In this document: positions 31,175 through 32,000 of the stretch, in pieces | How the letters are laid out: every line of letters begins with the position of its first letter | Numbering within the stretch: position 1 is the stretch's first letter | Source: Candidatus Poseidoniaceae archaeon | Lineage (GTDB): Archaea > Thermoplasmatota > Poseidoniia > Poseidoniales > Poseidoniaceae | Reading direction: 5' to 3' | DNA: 32,000 bases | NCBI GenBank assembly: GCA_943789275.1 | Contig: CALSTM010000001.1 | Span: 180,001-212,000, forward strand | Notes under the pieces: model-generated | What the model was told of the DNA's origin: nothing | Databases searched by the model: none | What the model saw: only the letters and a program-made list of their open reading frames with translations | Position numbers and translations under genes: made by a program

Positions 31175-31788
31175 CCGAGGACAGGTAAGTCCAGCATCAG
31201 TGGTTGTGATTTTTCCTTACGTAATTGCTCTGATTCGAGGATTCGAGCACGCCTGTTGGCCCGTTGTGTTTCTTTCACTTGGAATTGTCTTGTGCCATCA
31301 AAAACATTGGTCGTTTCACCGGTCCAATCGTAAGTGCGTCGATTCCAACCGCTTTGAATCAAAATTGAGTCCCCAAGAACTCGAAGGCTTGTAATCGGTC
31401 CAGTGTGCGAAAAGAGGTGGACAACTCTCCCAGGGACCTGGTTTCCGATCACCCATACACTTCCATCTTGTGCTGCTGCTAGGAATTTCCCAGAGGAATC
31501 ACTCACTGCATTAATTGAGCGAACAATACCTCCTTCGATACTGAACTTATCGATGGTGTCGAGGCGTGGTAAAGAAAGGATGCTTATGCCACCGGTTGAA
31601 TCGCCGACAGCGACCATGTCATAGCATCCTGTTGGACCTTTCACGGCGAGGAGTACCGTCGCAACGGCTTCAAGTTTAATTTGCACCCTCGTTCCAAGTG
31701 TTGGACGCCAAACAATAGCACCGTCGTCCATGGCTACGAGGTTGCCTTCTGATGTGACAAGGCTACGGATGACTACTCTGTTGTTCAT
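31171..31788 (-). CDS. Hypothetical protein, beta-propeller-like repeats with a basic C-terminal tail
   Basis: 205 aa. It has recurring beta-rich units (VAVGDSTGGISILSL, AAAQDGSVWVIG, GPITSLRVLGDSILIQSG), followed by RANRRARILESEQLRKEK. I recognised no family. Confidence 0.45.
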   Translation of the reverse strand: MNNRVVIRSLVTSEGNLVAMDDGAIVWRPTLGTRVQIKLEAVATVLLAVKGPTGCYDMVAVGDSTGGISILSLPRLDTIDKFSIEGGIVRSINAVSDSSGKFLAAAQDGSVWVIGNQVPGRVVHLFSHTGPITSLRVLGDSILIQSGWNRRTYDWTGETTNVFDGTRQFQVKETQRANRRARILESEQLRKEKSQPLMLDLPVLG

Positions 31789-31860
31789 ACATACGAAAGC
31801 AGAGCCGTCGGTACACTTTCTTTCGCCACACCCCTCGGATGAAACTGAAAGTGAATATAA

Positions 31861-32000
31861 TCAGTAGGTGTCCTCAGACTTGTTGTCCTTCTTCCATTTC
31901 CGGTAGCAACTTTTGCAAACCCGTACTCGACCTTTACGTTCGGTGTAGCCGCTGTCACCCCAAACGTCGATAGCGTTGTCAATGGAAAGTGAGCGGCCAC
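31861..32000 (-). CDS. 3' end of an unidentified gene (start lies beyond the right edge); C-terminus ...DVWGDSGYTERKGRVRVCKSCYRKWKKDNKSEDTY*
   Basis: I read it in a different frame from the track ORF 31785..32000. This frame has the C/T-ending codon preference of the other genes and no AGG/AGA runs. Its stop (tca at 31861-31863) is immediately followed on the minus strand by TTATATTC. Confidence 0.4.
   Translation of the reverse strand, partial: GRSLSIDNAIDVWGDSGYTERKGRVRVCKSCYRKWKKDNKSEDTY

Noticed and set aside
1-32000. Mobile elements, prophage, defence systems, CRISPR-Cas or toxin-antitoxin pairs
   Set aside because: I recognised no integrase, transposase, recombinase, Cas, restriction-modification, or small paired toxin/antitoxin ORFs, and no long terminal or inverted repeats. 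Gene content is housekeeping and metabolic, plus surface proteins.

Overview
This is a very compact, roughly 95% coding chromosomal segment from an archaeon. By inference it is a streamlined marine planktonic euryarchaeon of the Marine Group II/III (Poseidoniales) type. The archaeal hallmarks are a membrane-inserted LonB protease, an archaeal/eukaryotic-type AspRS, TrmI, ribosomal protein L40e, a UPF0147 protein, an A24 preflagellin/prepilin-type peptidase, and TATA boxes about 26 nt upstream of start codons. Many genes look bacterial or eukaryotic in type: bacterial MetK, PanB, a LigB-type dioxygenase pair, ALDH, asparaginase-II family, LLM oxidoreductase, GPx, GST and a DNase I homologue.

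I support 28 protein-coding genes with 14 strand switches. Two of them are absent from the supplied ORF track: an edge-truncated LigB paralogue at 1-572 (-) and the 49-aa L40e gene at 30136-30285 (-). I recognised no rRNA, tRNA, CRISPR array, transposase or integrase.

The most unusual region is 15.2-25.9 kb. It holds two giant, signal-peptide-bearing, C-terminally membrane-anchored surface proteins of 1370 and 1155 aa, flanking trmI and followed by lonB.
- The first carries a wobble-diversified array of 11 consecutive N-G-T glycosylation sequons, an embedded SGNH/DUF4886-like esterase domain, and a cytoplasmic CPxC-x17-CPxC zinc ribbon.
- The second has an N-terminal CGYC thioredoxin-like module, NDAP cadherin-like repeats, and a proline-rich cytoplasmic tail.

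Three genome-architecture signals also stand out. Four of seven convergent gene pairs have exactly abutting stop codons, and a fifth shares a CTAG. First genes have a TATA at about -26 (leaderless grammar), while internal genes have a GGAGG-type SD. One identical 12-mer occurs in two intergenic spacers.

I did not find a self-contained, clearly novel system such as a defence island. All functional calls are motif recognition from memory, without database searches.
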